From IMG/VR virus record IMGVR_UViG_3300029743_000281: a stretch of DNA of 15,168 nt, one strand, 5' to 3'. The stretch comes from a virus. Its lineage: Duplodnaviria > Heunggongvirae > Uroviricota > Caudoviricetes. The notes beneath the pieces are model-generated. The model did not search any database. It had not been told where the DNA came from and saw nothing but the letters and a program-made list of their open reading frames with translations. A program made the translations under genes and the position numbers. This document shows positions 1 through 8,644 of this stretch, piece by piece; position 1 is the first letter of the stretch; the number at the start of each line of letters is the position of its first letter.

Positions 1-1245
1 CTGCCGCCAGAGGCGGGCATTGGTCTGCTGGTAGAGTTCGAGACTCCATGTCAGACCGAACCAAATCAGGATGTGTCCGCCCTGCTGGATGTTCAGGCCA
101 TGTCCAGCCGATGCCGGGTGGATCAGGGCAACCGGGATCTTGCCGGCATTCCAATCCTTGATGTCATCGCTGGTCTTGATGTCACGCACCGGGATCTTGA
201 GCTTCGTCAGATGGTTGATGATGCGCTCCCGGTCATGCTTGAACCAGTAGGCCACCAGCACCGACTGTCCATTGGCAGCTTCGATGAGGTCTTCCAGTGC
301 CTCCAGCTTGTGGTCATGCAGGATTCGCGCTTTGCCGTTCTCGTCATAGATCGCGCCATTGCTCATCTGCAACAATTTTCCAGTCAGCGATGCAGCGTTG
401 GCAGCATCTATGTCCCCGTCCTTCAAGGGGATCAGGAGGTCTTGCTTGAGCATATCGTAGAGCTTGCGCTCGTCTGCGTTCATCTCCACCTCATACCGGG
501 TAGGGATACAGTCCGGCATATTCAGGTAGTCCAGAGCCTTCATGGAGATGGTGATATCCGATATACGCTGGTAGATCAGCTCCTCGGCTCCCTCTTTTGG
601 CTTGTACTGGAAGACCACGCCACTGGACGGATTCATGGACGCTGCCTTGAAATAGGCTTCACGGTAGCGGCCGATGAACTTGCCCAAACGCTCTCCTCCA
701 TCCAGAATTCCGATTTCACTCCAAAGATCCATGAGGCCATTGGAGGACGGTGTGCCGGTCAGTCCGACCCAGCGTTTCACATACGGGCGGACTTTGCGCA
801 AGAATTTGAAACGCTGGGACTGATAGTTCTTGAAGGATGACAACTCATCGATCACGACCATGCTGAAGTCCCAGCGCATTCCGTTCTTCTCGTAGTACTC
901 CACCAACCACTTGACGTTTTCCCGGTTGACCACATAGATCATAGCTGGGTGATGGACGGCGGCGATGCGTGTCTTCACATCGCCCACGACGATTGAAATG
1001 TCCAGATTTTTCAGGTGATCCCACTTCTCGATCTCAGCCGGCCATGTGTCTCTTGCGACACGCAGCGGCGCAATGATGAGAACCTTGTTGACCTCAAATG
1101 TGTTCAGCATGAGGTCTTGGATTGCGGAAAGGGTGATGACGGTTTTTCCTCAGCCCAAGCCCATATCCAGGAAAAGAGCTGCAATGGGATGGGTCTTGAT
1201 ATACTCCGTGCAGTATCTCTGATAATCATGCGGAATGAACTTCAT
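1..1245 (-). CDS. SNF2-family (SF2) helicase, running off the window at its 3' end; contains an in-frame TGA at codon 32 (1150-1152)
   Basis: Not in the ORF track; translated by hand. ATG at 1245 overlaps the VRR-NUC stop (ATGA) and has a GAGGTG RBS. Reads MKFIPHDYQRYCTEYIKTHPIAALFLDMGLG*GKTVITL...VLIIAPLRVARDTW...VVIDELSSFK...GLTGTP...HPASAGHGLNIQQGG...WSLELYQQTNARLWRQ, covering SNF2 motifs I, Ia, II, III, V and VI. The frame is otherwise open to position 1. Confidence 0.9.
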
Positions 1246-1613
1246 TTGGGCATCACCTCGCTTTCCGGCAGAGTTACCTGTGGCATATCAGGAATCCTCG
1301 CCCCGATGCCCTGTGGAATGGGTTCACCGGGATTCCAATGGACAAGTGCATCAATGGCAGGCTGGATCTGCTCCGGGCGGTCTACGCAGAACACCGGAAA
1401 GCCCAGTGCTTCAAGCTGCTGCCGGCGCTTGCGCTGCAACAGCCGCATCTGCTTACCGGGGGCTTTCAGCTCCACAAAGGCACACTTACCGCCCAGCAGC
1501 AGGACCAGTCTGTCCGGCACACCGTTCATGCTCTGACTGGTAAATTTAAGAGCCTGCCCTCCGGCGGCTCTCACGGCTTCCACGAACTGGTGCTCGACCT
1601 CACTCTCCCTCAC
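1242..1613 (-). CDS. VRR-NUC domain nuclease (phage Holliday-junction-resolvase-like)
   Basis: RESEVEHQF...GGQALKFTS...GVPDRLVLL...FVELKAPG...LQ is the PD-(D/E)XK VRR-NUC signature. Start moved from the track's 1763 to GTG 1613 (GAGGGG RBS). Confidence 0.9.
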   Translation of the reverse strand: MRESEVEHQFVEAVRAAGGQALKFTSQSMNGVPDRLVLLLGGKCAFVELKAPGKQMRLLQRKRRQQLEALGFPVFCVDRPEQIQPAIDALVHWNPGEPIPQGIGARIPDMPQVTLPESEVMPK

Positions 1614-1806
1614 TCTGCTTCCCCTCCTCTGCCCGCCACACGCCAGTGCGCGGACGTTTCTTCTTTTTCTTTCTGCGTTCCTCCAACAGCACATGACCGA
1701 TGGCGGCATCTGCCGTGGGGTCTGGATAGCTGCGGTTGTGCCGCCTTTCGGGCGGACTTTCATCCTTGTGTTCGACCCAACGAACAGCCAGTGTTTCTTT
1801 TTCCAC
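1600..1806 (-). CDS. Small basic phage hypothetical protein (~68 aa) with a YPDPTA motif
   Basis: 3' part of track ORF 1600..2118. GTG at 1806 lies 6 nt after GAGGTG and fills the gap between DUF932 and VRR-NUC. YxDPTA-type motifs are common in small Firmicutes phage proteins. Confidence 0.65.
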   Translation of the reverse strand: MEKETLAVRWVEHKDESPPERRHNRSYPDPTADAAIGHVLLEERRKKKKKRPRTGVWRAEEGKQSEGE

Positions 1807-1816
1807 CCTACTCACC

Positions 1817-2884
1817 TCACCGGTTGATTTCTTTCCACTGAGCCGGCTCCATGGTGGCGACCTGCCAGCCGATGCCCTCCAATGCCGTAGCCCGGTCATA
1901 CGAGGCAACGTCCTGTGACGCTCTAGTGACTGCATTGGACAAGCCGTACAGGGACAAGTCGCCGCCGACGATGAGGTATTTGAGGATACCCTCCTGCTCA
2001 TCTGCGTTGATGCCGTAACTCTGAGAAGTGAGTTGCACCACATCCTGCACCTTGCCGGTGATGGGGACTGCCATAGACTCCTGCAAACGTCCCACCACCT
2101 GTGCGAACCGTGCCTCATCGATTGCAGCCATTGTGGTATCTCGGAGTTTCAAGAGGAACGCCTTGTCCTCGGCTTCCATCGTTTCGTCCGAATACAGCGT
2201 GAAACTGTCCTCCACCGCCTTTGCCTGACGTCCCACATGATGGCGGCGTTCGCCCATGTCACACACGGTCATGCCGTTCAAGCAGACCAGTCTGTAGATA
2301 AGCGGCTGGATTGACACAGCACCCAGACCCACCTCAGAGTTGGAGATCATCACGCCAGCCTGTACGATGTCGCCCTTGCGGACTTCCATTTCCAGACGAT
2401 GGTTTACCACCTTGAGGTACAGCCGATTTTCCGTCACCTCGCAGGACATAACCTCGTACTGGTCATTGCCTGCAAACAATGGCAGCACCGATGTGGCGAT
2501 TTCCATGTTGTCGATACGGCGGTATCGCTCAGACAACAGCGCACGGGCGACCTGCCCGGAGCCGTAGTCCATAGACCGCACCATGTAGGAGCTGGTCCTG
2601 TCCGCAAACCAAGCGTTCACGTTCTCCGCCAGCAGTTCCGGTTTCTGGCTCTGCATCAGGTCGTAGTACTTGGCCGGGATGCCCAGCGCCGATGCCACCT
2701 GACGGTGGAACAGCGAGGTGGTGCCGAAGGTCATTTGCCGGTCTGTGGTCAGATGGTTCAGCTCGAAGGTGTGCCCATCTTCCCGGAGGCGCATTCCCTG
2801 CGCCGGGCTGATGAAGTCCTGCTTTGCCTTGTTCTGGCGATCCAGTTCTACAAGGACTTCCTGCAAATTTCTGCCTGTTTTCAT
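1817..2884 (-). CDS. DUF932-family phage/plasmid protein
   Basis: 355 aa with an AAAGGA RBS. Motifs ALLSERYRRIDN and GVMISNSEVG...IYRLVCLNGM match the DUF932 pattern. Confidence 0.8.
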   Translation of the reverse strand: MKTGRNLQEVLVELDRQNKAKQDFISPAQGMRLREDGHTFELNHLTTDRQMTFGTTSLFHRQVASALGIPAKYYDLMQSQKPELLAENVNAWFADRTSSYMVRSMDYGSGQVARALLSERYRRIDNMEIATSVLPLFAGNDQYEVMSCEVTENRLYLKVVNHRLEMEVRKGDIVQAGVMISNSEVGLGAVSIQPLIYRLVCLNGMTVCDMGERRHHVGRQAKAVEDSFTLYSDETMEAEDKAFLLKLRDTTMAAIDEARFAQVVGRLQESMAVPITGKVQDVVQLTSQSYGINADEQEGILKYLIVGGDLSLYGLSNAVTRASQDVASYDRATALEGIGWQVATMEPAQWKEINR

Positions 2885-2900
2885 ATGCTTTCCTTTCTAT

Positions 2901-2951
2901 GGCGCATATTTATGCGCCGGCTTATACGCCCGTGTCCTTATGACAAGGGCG
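2901..2951 (-). other. Tandem GC-rich stem-loops immediately upstream of the DUF932 RBS
   Basis: ggcgcata-tt-tatgcgcc (2901-2918) and cgccc-g-tgtc-cttat-gaca-a-gggcg (2927-2951). No U-tract on the minus strand. Confidence 0.55.
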
Positions 2952-2976
2952 CCGTGTTTTGTAGTTCTCAGCTCTC

Positions 2977-3315
2977 TTACAGCTCTCGATGGATCATCTG
3001 GCGGATGATCTTGACCGCTCCCTGCATCCGGGTACGGTTCAGCCGAGTGTCGTGCAGGAGTGTGTCCAAAGCATCCACCTCTTCCCGGATGTCGTTCAGG
3101 ACACCCCGGTAGTGATCTGCCAGTCTCTCGTTCTCCTGTTCCAGACGGTCAAACTCTTTTTCGTAGTCATCGATATCCGCTACATTCGTGTCGATGTACT
3201 CCTCGATCTCACGGGCCAGTTCCTCGCCGGCATAGTCGGACACGGCTTCCAGCAGATCCCTGATGCCAAAAGGTGTCAGGAGCTTTCCGTCCTTCATTTC
3301 AATGGCGTGCGGCAT
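2977..3315 (-). CDS. Hypothetical coiled-coil protein (112 aa)
   Basis: Starts 10 nt after the polymerase stop with a GAGGTG RBS. Acidic heptad-like segment (YEKEFDRLEQENERLADHY). Confidence 0.8.
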   Translation of the reverse strand: MPHAIEMKDGKLLTPFGIRDLLEAVSDYAGEELAREIEEYIDTNVADIDDYEKEFDRLEQENERLADHYRGVLNDIREEVDALDTLLHDTRLNRTRMQGAVKIIRQMIHREL

Positions 3316-3324
3316 CTGGTCACC

Positions 3325-5322
3325 TCAATCTTTAAAGTAGTAGTCGCCCTTATACCCGGCGGCTGCCAGCGGAAGGCCATCGCACCAGTCAGGGTTAGCT
3401 GCCATGAGTCGGCAGATTTCCTCAACTGTGTACTTGCCCTTGGGGGCCTCAATGATGACCTCGTCATGGACGTGCGCCACGATGTTCAAGCCCTCATCCT
3501 CGATCCGAGCCATGGCTTCAGCCAGAATGTCACGGGCGATTGCCTGCGTCGCATTCTCGACCAGCCGACCAGAATAAGTCTCCTGCCGTGCCCACTTGTG
3601 GTTCTGACCCACACCTTCGTAGGTCAGGCTCATGCGTCCGAAGCGATTCGGCTGCTGTTTGGGCACGAGGTAAGCCAGCTTTCGACCGGAAGGCAGCACC
3701 ATCCAGAGAGTTCCAGAAGAAAAGGCAAAACTGATCCTGCCGATATCCTGTCGTCCCCCGGTCTTGAAGGCTTGCATCGCAGCTTTCTCCACGTCCCACC
3801 AGTACTGCACGATCTTGGGGTTGGCTTCACGCCATGAGTCGATGATCTCCGGGAGCTCTTCTTCCTTCAGTCCCATCTGCAAGGCACCCATGCTGATGAG
3901 CGCACCGGAAGAACCGCCGTAGCCACAGGCCAGTGTTGCAATCTTCCCTTTCTGGCGCAGGTCACCGTTGATGCCGTGCTTGACCACCGGGACATGGAAC
4001 ATCTGGGAAGCTGTGGCGCAGTAAAGATCCTCGCCGTTTTTGAAGGCATCCAGCACCCACTGTTCCCCTGCTTCCCACGCAAGCACCCGGGCTTCGATGG
4101 CGGAGAAGTCCGCCACGATGAACTCGCATCCATTCCTCGGAATGAGCATGGTGCGGATGAGCTGGGAAAGGACATCCGGTGTGTTGCCGTAGATGCTCTC
4201 CACCATGTCAAAGCAGCCCATCTTCACAAGCGTTCTTGCCTCATCCAGCGTAGAGATGTGATTCTGCGGCAGATTCTGCAACTGGATGTTCCGGCCGGAG
4301 TAGCGTCCGGTACGGCTTGCGCCGTAGAACTGGAACAGTCCTCTGGCTCTGCCGTCCGGGCAGACACAGCGTTCCGCTGCCTGGTATTTCTTGACGGAGC
4401 TCTTTGCCATTTGAAGCCGGAGCTTCAGCATATCCATTGCCTCGACATCCACGCCGTTCTTGTCCAACTCGCCAATCATCTCAGTGACATTCTTTTTGCC
4501 CAGCGTGTCCATCGAGATACCGCGCTCATCCAGCCAGGTCTTGAGCTGGGACACGGAATTCGGGTTCTCCAGCCCGGTCAACTCATACGCTTTCGTAGTC
4601 ATGGCATCCGACAGGAGCAAATCGCAGGTGATGGCCTGCCGGACCAGCTTCGTGTCGATCCTTACGCCACGGTCGTTGATACGCTCATTCACCCTGTAGT
4701 GATGCCACTCCCGGTCAGGCATCGGGAAGCGTTTCAGACGCTTGTAGATGTCCACCTCTGTGTTAACGTCCTGAATGCAGTAGTACTTGAACTTCGCCCA
4801 ATCTTCCGGCAGATGATGCGGAAGGTTTCGTGTGCGGCCACCGTTGCTTTTGGTCGGCTTGCAGGGCGCAGAAAACAGCTTGATGAGCCGTTTGCCCTCC
4901 TCGTCCTTTTGCTGCGTGGTTCTCAAGACTTCGCCGACGTCTTTCAGTGCCATGGGCAGGGTCAGCGATGCCGCCATGACCATGGTGCAGATCCAGTTGT
5001 TCGGCGACAGGAATGTGCCGAGTTTCAGATACTGGCCGGGATAGTGCTGCTGGAGATAGCGGGAGAAGCTCACACGCTCGAAAGCCGCATTGTGAGCGAT
5101 CAGGGTCACATTGCTGTCCTTGAAATCATCCAGAAGCTCCTGCGGAAAGGAATCACCAGATGCGAGGTCTGCCAGCTTCGTTTCGCCAAAGCCGCTGCCC
5201 TCGTCCGTTGCCCAGGCAATCAGAAGGATCTCGAAGCTGGGGTCGGAAACATAGCGGTACAGACCGCATTTCTTGATGTCTGCCTCACAGTAGGTTTCAA
5301 TGTCGATCAATGTCTCTTTCAA
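3325..5322 (-). CDS. Phage family A DNA polymerase (3'-5' exonuclease plus polymerase, no 5'-3' exonuclease)
   Basis: Exo I IDIETY, Exo II AHNAAFER, Exo III YCIQDV, TGRYSG, motif A ADFSAIEAR, motif B RQKGKIATLACGYG, motif C HVHDE. TTG start with a GAGGTG RBS. Confidence 0.95.
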   Translation of the reverse strand: MKETLIDIETYCEADIKKCGLYRYVSDPSFEILLIAWATDEGSGFGETKLADLASGDSFPQELLDDFKDSNVTLIAHNAAFERVSFSRYLQQHYPGQYLKLGTFLSPNNWICTMVMAASLTLPMALKDVGEVLRTTQQKDEEGKRLIKLFSAPCKPTKSNGGRTRNLPHHLPEDWAKFKYYCIQDVNTEVDIYKRLKRFPMPDREWHHYRVNERINDRGVRIDTKLVRQAITCDLLLSDAMTTKAYELTGLENPNSVSQLKTWLDERGISMDTLGKKNVTEMIGELDKNGVDVEAMDMLKLRLQMAKSSVKKYQAAERCVCPDGRARGLFQFYGASRTGRYSGRNIQLQNLPQNHISTLDEARTLVKMGCFDMVESIYGNTPDVLSQLIRTMLIPRNGCEFIVADFSAIEARVLAWEAGEQWVLDAFKNGEDLYCATASQMFHVPVVKHGINGDLRQKGKIATLACGYGGSSGALISMGALQMGLKEEELPEIIDSWREANPKIVQYWWDVEKAAMQAFKTGGRQDIGRISFAFSSGTLWMVLPSGRKLAYLVPKQQPNRFGRMSLTYEGVGQNHKWARQETYSGRLVENATQAIARDILAEAMARIEDEGLNIVAHVHDEVIIEAPKGKYTVEEICRLMAANPDWCDGLPLAAAGYKGDYYFKD

Positions 5323-5349
5323 AGTTCATCACCTCGTTTTTTTCCATGT

Positions 5350-5377
5350 AAAAAGGAGGGAGCCGAAGCTCCCTCCC
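5350..5377 (-). terminator. Intrinsic terminator between the SSB and polymerase genes
   Basis: Minus strand GGAGGGAGC-UUCG-GCUCCCUCC-UUUUU: a perfect 9-bp stem, a C(UUCG)G tetraloop and a U-tract. Confidence 0.85.
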
Positions 5378-5390
5378 GGTCGATGTGTAC

Positions 5391-6002
5391 TTAGCGCAGG
5401 TAGTCGGGCAGTTCTTCACCGGAGTCGTCGCCGAGGACTTCCTCGTCATCCTCCAGTGCATCGAAGTCTGCATCCGCAGAGGCACGACCAGACAGGCGGT
5501 CGCCATCCTTGACGAACTGGATGTTGCCCAGACCAGCCGCCACGCCACGATTGCCGTTGGCGTTGAAGGCGTAGAAGTTGACGCTGACATTGCAGTAGCA
5601 GCCGGAGTAGACCATCATGGGGTCGGTCACAGGCTGCACATGGCGGTCAACCACCTGCGGTGCGTCCTTGCTGGTCGCGTTCAGGAAGAAATGCTCCTGA
5701 TAGTTTTCATCGTCCGGACGGTCGATGTCACCATCACGCAGGGGCATCTTGAGGTTAGGCGGAATCTTACCGCCCCACTTACGGGTCTTGCCATCCTCCT
5801 TGGCGGCCTCCACAGCTTTGTGGATCGCCAGCAGGGTTTTCTTGTCCGCCTTGGGGATCAGGCAGGAAACGGAATATTTCGCATCACCGCCGTTGATGCT
5901 CTTGGGCTCGAAGATGTTGGCAAAGGAAATGCGGCAAGGGATGACGACCTTGGTCGCGCTCATAGTCTTGTTTGCAGTAGCCATAGATTTGTATTCCTCC
6001 AT
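5391..6002 (-). CDS. DUF2815-family phage single-stranded DNA-binding protein (T7 gp2.5-like)
   Basis: RISFANIFEPKS..KYSVSCLIPK, PLRDGD, YSGCYCNVSVNFYAFN.NGNRGVAAGLGNIQ..KDG, and an acidic C-terminal tail. Canonical position between DUF2800 and the polymerase. Confidence 0.9.
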   Translation of the reverse strand: MEEYKSMATANKTMSATKVVIPCRISFANIFEPKSINGGDAKYSVSCLIPKADKKTLLAIHKAVEAAKEDGKTRKWGGKIPPNLKMPLRDGDIDRPDDENYQEHFFLNATSKDAPQVVDRHVQPVTDPMMVYSGCYCNVSVNFYAFNANGNRGVAAGLGNIQFVKDGDRLSGRASADADFDALEDDEEVLGDDSGEELPDYLR

Positions 6003-6008
6003 TATGTT

Positions 6009-7232
6009 TTATTCGAGTAGTGTAAATTCGTCTGCGGCAGTATCGAGATCAACTGCCGGTCTGGGGTCTGAGTCTGGAACAAGTGCCAGCTTACCGGGCG
6101 GTTTCACGACATATTCACCCAGGACCTCCTGAAATTTCTTCTTTCCCATGAGCTTTTCAAACTCGGTCAAGGAGATCATCTCGGTCTTGTAGATGTCGTT
6201 GTAGCCTGCCTGTGTGGCTGCGGTTGCCACCGCCTTCAGGTCAAGGAACTGCCGCTTGCTGCGGCCCTCCACCACCTTGTAGCCATCCCAGCAGACACCG
6301 TGGTTGATAGCCTCGGAGCTGACATAGGCGAAGATGGCTTCGATCCAGGATTCAATGCGGTTCAACGTGGGAAGCATCTTCTCGATATCCGCCTTGGACA
6401 GAAGTGCCGGGGACTTAAAGGTCGGTGCTGTGGTGTCCGGGTCGTAGGATGCAGTGGCATCCGTTTCTTCCTGCTCATCTGCCAGCACACCGGCATCCAG
6501 ATCAAGGAACTCGGTCTTGACCAGTGCCATTGCTTCAGCAGCACAGGCTTTGCAGGAAGTACGGGCACGACAGAACCGACACCAGTCGCCGGGAACCTGC
6601 TTACCTTTGCCTTCAAAGGCGAGCTTTGCTCTGGGGCGGACATAGGTTTCTGCCCAGTCCAGCAGCTCCTCCACACTGCATTCAAACGTCGAGATGTTTT
6701 CCAGCCGGGGCTGGATGATGGTCATGGACACCTTGGTGATGCTGTACAGATACCCATAGGCGTGGTAAGCACCGAGGGCGTAGAGCATCATCTGTGGGTT
6801 GTGGTCACAGCTGACAAACACGCCTTTTCCGTTTTTGTAGTCCATGACGTATAGGGTTCCGTCTGCGATGATGACACAGTCGCCTGTACCGAATCCCTGC
6901 GGAACCAGATAGCTGTAGTCCAGTCGTTCCTCTACCATGACCAGCGGATGTGGGCAAGTCTCCTTGATCTTCTCCACGGTCGTGATGATGAACTCTGCAT
7001 AGATGTCGGTGTTCGCATCCATCTCCTCGTTATCGAACTCGGAGGTCGGCCGCCTGACTCGCTCATGCAGATACTTGCGGAGCTTGTACTCGCCCAGTGC
7101 ATGGGCGGCGGTTCCCTCCTCGGCATACACCGAGGATTCATTGGGGAAGTTCTGCTCCAGCCGAGCCGATGGCGTACAGTTGAGCCATCTCTTGGAGCTG
7201 GACGCAGAGAGGATCGCGTGAACTTCGGGCAT
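6009..7232 (-). CDS. DUF2800-family Cas4-like PD-(D/E)XK nuclease
   Basis: HAILSASSSKRWLNC, EEGTAAH, GFGTGD..VMDYKNG, QMMLYALG and C-terminal WCRFCRARTSC (1+3 Cys, Fe-S-staple-like). Also KVVEGRSKR and KPPGK. Confidence 0.9.
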   Translation of the reverse strand: MPEVHAILSASSSKRWLNCTPSARLEQNFPNESSVYAEEGTAAHALGEYKLRKYLHERVRRPTSEFDNEEMDANTDIYAEFIITTVEKIKETCPHPLVMVEERLDYSYLVPQGFGTGDCVIIADGTLYVMDYKNGKGVFVSCDHNPQMMLYALGAYHAYGYLYSITKVSMTIIQPRLENISTFECSVEELLDWAETYVRPRAKLAFEGKGKQVPGDWCRFCRARTSCKACAAEAMALVKTEFLDLDAGVLADEQEETDATASYDPDTTAPTFKSPALLSKADIEKMLPTLNRIESWIEAIFAYVSSEAINHGVCWDGYKVVEGRSKRQFLDLKAVATAATQAGYNDIYKTEMISLTEFEKLMGKKKFQEVLGEYVVKPPGKLALVPDSDPRPAVDLDTAADEFTLLE

Positions 7233-7244
7233 GAGACACCTCCG

Positions 7245-7838
7245 TTACAGCTGGGAGATGTCTGCGAGGAATGCCTCGTACTTGGATGCCGGAAGTTCAG
7301 AAAGCTGGCCCACACCGTAAGTCTTCAGCAACTGACCGATTTTCTCGTTGTTGCTGCGCTTCTGCTTGATCTTTGCCACGATGACCGCCGTGATCTCATC
7401 CTTGGAGATAGTCACGGCAGGCTGTTCGGGTTCAGCTTTTTGGCCGGTATCCACATCAAAGGGCAGGTCATCCGCCGGATCAACCGGGAAGTCGGCCAGC
7501 TTCTCCTTTGCCTCATCTGCGGCAGAGTTTTCCTCTGCAGGAGCTTCTTCGGCAGGTTCCTTGGGCTGTTCCTCCACCGCAGGCGGAGTGTCCTCCTGCT
7601 TACGAGGACGTTTTACCGGCTTCTTGCGAGGATGCGGAACGTCCTGCACCTTTGGTGCTGTGTCCACGGGCGGGAGCTTGGCCGGAGGGAGCAGCTTATC
7701 CTCGTCCTCCGCATCCTCAGAAGTGAACTCCAGGAGTTCGATTTGCTCTGCCATCCCCTCGCACATCTGGGTCAGGCCACGGAACACCTCCGTCAGCCCA
7801 TCAACGATCTTCTTGGGACCGGTCAGCATCTCACTCAT
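7245..7838 (-). CDS. Phage protein with an acidic/Pro-rich linker and a conserved C-terminal helical domain, of the type usually found just upstream of DUF2800
   Basis: Start moved to ATG 7838, overlapping the upstream stop; ATG 7829 is an alternative. C-terminus IGQLLKTYGVGQLSELPASKYEAFL is typical of this module. Confidence 0.8.
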   Translation of the reverse strand: MSEMLTGPKKIVDGLTEVFRGLTQMCEGMAEQIELLEFTSEDAEDEDKLLPPAKLPPVDTAPKVQDVPHPRKKPVKRPRKQEDTPPAVEEQPKEPAEEAPAEENSAADEAKEKLADFPVDPADDLPFDVDTGQKAEPEQPAVTISKDEITAVIVAKIKQKRSNNEKIGQLLKTYGVGQLSELPASKYEAFLADISQL

Positions 7839-8136
7839 CCTCGTCCACCTCATCCTCACCGCAGACAGCATCCAGATACTCAGCCTGAGCATCCAGAACC
7901 ATCATGACAGACTGCTTGCACAGGCCGGTCTTTGCGCAGATGGCGGCGATCATGGCCTCGATGTCGATATCCGACTCCTCGTCCTGATCCTCGACACCAT
8001 TGATATAGGTGTTGCTGGTGCTGCGCTCATCCAGATGGATGTGGAGATTCTCGACCTTCAGCATCACCGGGAGAATACGACGCACTTCCGGGGCACTGGT
8101 ATTCTGGCTCTTATCGTTCATCATTGTGTTGCTCAC
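7831..8136 (-). CDS. Hypothetical acidic protein (~100 aa)
   Basis: Overlaps both neighbours, consistent with translational coupling. Start is GTG 8136 or ATG 8124. Confidence 0.7.
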   Translation of the reverse strand: MSNTMMNDKSQNTSAPEVRRILPVMLKVENLHIHLDERSTSNTYINGVEDQDEESDIDIEAMIAAICAKTGLCKQSVMMVLDAQAEYLDAVCGEDEVDEDE

Positions 8137-8644
8137 TTTCCGCAGCCTTGGGCTGCTTGTCCTGCTGACCGTCTGCGGTCATGTTGTACTTTTGCGAAAT
8201 GCTCTGGATGAGCAGCTCCGCCACTCGTCCGGGTTCAGGAAGGGTATGCACCGGCTTGCCCAGTTCTTTCGCCTTGGCGATTTCCTGTGCCATACCATCC
8301 GACACACGCTCACCGAACACCCAGAGTTCGTCTGCCTGCTCCAGCCACGAGAGCGCAAACCGTATCCCGGTGTCCCGCTCCGCTGCCACATCATCCTTGA
8401 GGAAACGTGTGAAATACAGATGTGGTGCCAGCGGCTGGATGCCCATCATGGCGAGGATTCGACAGGCCTTGAGTGCCCTTTCGATATTGGAACGCTGCTC
8501 CTCTGCCTTGTCTGCCACCGATGCCGCCATAGGACGGAACGGAGAGCAGACATAGACTTTCTTAGGAGCGGTGTCACCACCGGGCGGCCGCACCGGAGCC
8601 GAACACTTTAAGGGATTGCTCTGGGAATTCTTGATGTTACTCAT
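8111..8644 (-). CDS. DUF4406/DUF7768-like protein (nucleoside 2-deoxyribosyltransferase-like fold)
   Basis: KVYVCSPF...NIERA...PLAPHLYF..FL.D....ER..G......L...DELWVFG..VSDGM..EI..AKELGKPV. AAGGAGG RBS. Confidence 0.85.
   Translation of the reverse strand: MSNIKNSQSNPLKCSAPVRPPGGDTAPKKVYVCSPFRPMAASVADKAEEQRSNIERALKACRILAMMGIQPLAPHLYFTRFLKDDVAAERDTGIRFALSWLEQADELWVFGERVSDGMAQEIAKAKELGKPVHTLPEPGRVAELLIQSISQKYNMTADGQQDKQPKAAESEQHNDER

Noticed and set aside
1150..1152. Element-wide TGA reassignment or selenocysteine as the explanation of the SNF2 stop
   Set aside because: TGA is the normal stop of VRR-NUC, DUF932, the polymerase and the sigma-like gene. The position is not a Cys site, and only a weak GGAAA/TTTCC stem follows.
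6009..7232. CRISPR-Cas locus suggested by the Cas4-like nuclease
   Set aside because: No repeat-spacer array or other cas genes. Solo Cas4-like DUF2800 is a normal part of this module.
73..8611. Long plus-strand ORFs (73-840, 2399-3112, 2989-3837, 3976-5394, 5385-6020, 6948-7907, 7348-8211, 8009-8611)
   Set aside because: They are antisense shadows of well-supported minus-strand genes in GC-rich DNA, with no recognisable motifs.
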